The notes under the pieces: model-generated
Database searches by the model: none
The model's input: only the letters and a program-made list of their open reading frames with translations
What the model was told of the DNA's origin: nothing
Made by a program: the position numbers and the translations under genes
Source of the DNA: Candidatus Poribacteria bacterium
Lineage (GTDB): Bacteria > Poribacteria > WGA-4E > JAJDTR01
DNA: 64,000 bases
Direction: 5' to 3'
NCBI GenBank assembly: GCA_965222225.1
Contig: CBDCTK010000002.1
Location: 3,072,001 to 3,136,000, forward strand
Shown: positions 61,819 through 64,000 of the stretch, piece after piece
Layout: each line of letters begins with the position of its first letter
Position numbering within the stretch: the stretch's first letter is position 1

Positions 61819-63018
61819 TTACTGCAACGACGGGCCCTGTTCACGGTAAGTCGGCGGCTTTGGCGTCAGCCATTCCACGATGGCGTCTTTCACGGTGAAG
61901 GCGAAGAAGTGATTGCCTCTGGGGTTGTAATGGCCGATGTAATAACGGTCGACATATTCCTCCGGAGAGCAGTGGAAATGTTTGAAATCTTCGACATGTG
62001 CCTGGAGAGAATCGAAGAAGCGAAACTCCTTTTCGTTCAGGTAATTGATCAATATCTGGTCAAAGCGTTGGCGTTCTTGACAGGCGTGAATAACGTCCGG
62101 CGCCGGATAGCTCAATAGAACCATGAACTCCTTTGCATCTGCTGCTGCGAAAGCCCGAGCCTTGTCTACAATATACATACTTGAATGCAATGCACACGTT
62201 TGAAGTAAACTGCGTGCAGTTGCGGAGGTGGCTTCTGGTGAACTGAAGTCCGTGGATATCTCCAACGCATCAGCATTCGTTTGCAATACTTCAAGGTTGA
62301 GGTCAGTTGCCCCCTGTTGTGCAAGGCGAGCTTGAACGTCAAAGTCATCTTTGAAAGTTTGATAGATGTGCTCGCTGTCGCAGAGGTAGTAAAGCGACTC
62401 GGGCGTCGGATAGGGGTTTTCACATTCTTCAAATTTCGCAGTCTCCGGATTCAAACGTACATGCGCCCACGGGTTGGCGTTAAACAAAAATGCCGTGGTT
62501 TCTGATAAGGCGCTCCTTTGAAAAAGCTGTGAGCTTCCTGGCAAATGAAGCATTCGCCACTTGTAGATGCTTCGAAAATGATCGTCTGAAAAAATGTTGA
62601 GCACGAGGTATTTGGCTGACGCATTGGTCTTTTCCTCCCGACGCATCCGTCTGTAGGCTTGATAGACTCCGTGGCCGCCGACCCCAAAATTGCGAATCGG
62701 TTCGCCAAGGTGGGCGGCGAGATACTCTTGCCAGGTTTCGCCATCACTGACCTGATCGCATTGTGTAAAACTATCTCCATACGTGTTTATCCGACAGGGC
62801 TGATCCGCGAAGTTTAAGGTCAACCGCTCACCGAATACGCCATAGCGAGATATGGTGTGGCTTTCGTCGATACCGTCCTTAAGCACAGAGTTCTTACAAA
62901 TATACCCCAACTCCGGGTCAAAAGCATTGCAGTTGTGGGCACCAGCATCGAGAAACCTGTCGATGTGTTCCCGTGTCAATGTTGATGCTTCTAAAAATTC
63001 GCGTGTTGTGATGCTCAT
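61819..63018 (-). CDS. SGNH/GDSL-like hypothetical protein
   Basis: YGDSFT, NFGVGGHG, GHYN; likely start MSITT. Confidence 0.6.
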   Translation of the reverse strand: MSITTREFLEASTLTREHIDRFLDAGAHNCNAFDPELGYICKNSVLKDGIDESHTISRYGVFGERLTLNFADQPCRINTYGDSFTQCDQVSDGETWQEYLAAHLGEPIRNFGVGGHGVYQAYRRMRREEKTNASAKYLVLNIFSDDHFRSIYKWRMLHLPGSSQLFQRSALSETTAFLFNANPWAHVRLNPETAKFEECENPYPTPESLYYLCDSEHIYQTFKDDFDVQARLAQQGATDLNLEVLQTNADALEISTDFSSPEATSATARSLLQTCALHSSMYIVDKARAFAAADAKEFMVLLSYPAPDVIHACQERQRFDQILINYLNEKEFRFFDSLQAHVEDFKHFHCSPEEYVDRYYIGHYNPRGNHFFAFTVKDAIVEWLTPKPPTYREQGPSLQ

Positions 63019-63819
63019 ATTCGTTATTTTCCCTTCAGGCCAAAGCGATCTCAATAAAGTAGCGAATGACAAACGGATAGACCAACTCGGATGCTCAATG
63101 CCCTGTCCGGATTCTCGCTACTTCCGAGGCCAATTTCCCGTATTCCCCACGAACGGCTTCTGACTTATACCTCGATCTTAACATCAAGGCTGATAGCTCA
63201 AGTCGCCCCAAAGACGACTAAAACCACCTCTTCTGTGGGCTTTCAACCTACGTGGACTATGATGCTGAACTTCAACTCAAGGCGGAAATGGCGTCATCAT
63301 GGGCATTTGTGCCCAAGTGTCTACCTCCTGAACAAACCAGGGGCTGGATATTTTAAGCGAAACCAAATCGGTCACCGGGTCACTCGGTCAGACTCTTTTG
63401 TGACTCTGTTCACCAGACGAGAATGCCCCCGAAATGAAATGGTCTTGCGACATCTTGACGAGAAAAAACTCCTCTAGACGCGGGATCCGAGACTGGTACG
63501 GCAGATTATCCACTAGTCTTCAAGCCTTCGTGTAAAATTGCCGGTTCTTCGCTAGGGAAGACCGGTAGTTGTTCACCATCTGAGTACAGAATACTTCCAC
63601 AGCCTCGGGCGTGTCGAGATTGGCGTGATAAACCAGTTCCATCATGCGACGACGGGTACCGCAGCGAAAGACGCGCGCTAGAGTTGCAACTTGGAGACTT
63701 GGGTATGCTCTGGCCCGGACTCAAAGACGTACGCCGGTTGTTTTTCGTGGAACTCCAAAGACCGGTTTGGTATCTGCTGTTATGTTGTTTTGGATCCGCT
63801 GGGAAGCTTAGGAAGCGGT

Positions 63820-64000
63820 AGCTCGGGAACCGGGGACTGAGCCGCCCATATCGAAAAGAACTGGGCACCCATCTCGGCAGCCAGATCTATGCTCTGCCTC
63901 GCCTACTCGATTCCCCTTCTGCGCGCCTCCTCATTAGTGCTGGCAATGTCCCGAACCTCTCGACTATGGTTATAGGCCCGGGCGCCCAATAACTCCGGCA
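63820..64000 (-). pseudogene. Sugar-phosphate isomerase/epimerase (TIM barrel) fragment with in-frame stop
   Basis: Minus strand reads DIASTNEEARRRGIE*ARQSIDLAAEMGAQ. Confidence 0.5.

Noticed and set aside
1-64000. tRNA or rRNA genes
   Set aside because: None recognised by eye; a tRNAscan/Infernal run would be needed to exclude them.

Overview
Bacterial accessory/catabolic region. Its content resembles Candidatus Poribacteria, a sponge symbiont (inference): secreted proteins ending in a TTTW(A/G)xIK tail, nine PhyH-family dioxygenase genes, six paralogous beta-propeller hydrolase-like genes, a sulfatase, a TPR protein and Gfo/Idh/MocA, SDR, AKR and enolase-superfamily enzymes. It also holds a nuclease-STAND NTPase candidate defence gene next to an hsdM remnant, several damaged toxin-antitoxin loci, four transposase genes (IS200/IS605 TnpA, a RAYT with an internal stop, IS1595, IS5) and many REP/MITE repeats. 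The main discovery is a ~36-nt mini-element, present in more than 20 near-complete copies plus fragments. Its + consensus is [9-nt leader, usually with GGA]-TATCGC-n1-TC-n2-TATYC-n3-TC-n4-TTGA. The four variable dinucleotides covary as base pairs (n1:n4, n2:n3), implying a hairpin with tandem G.A pairs on the opposite strand. It inserts without target duplication just before a TC (after GA on the structured strand), lands in REP hairpins and nests inside itself. A 2x36-nt nested pair sits in frame inside a protein-coding gene.
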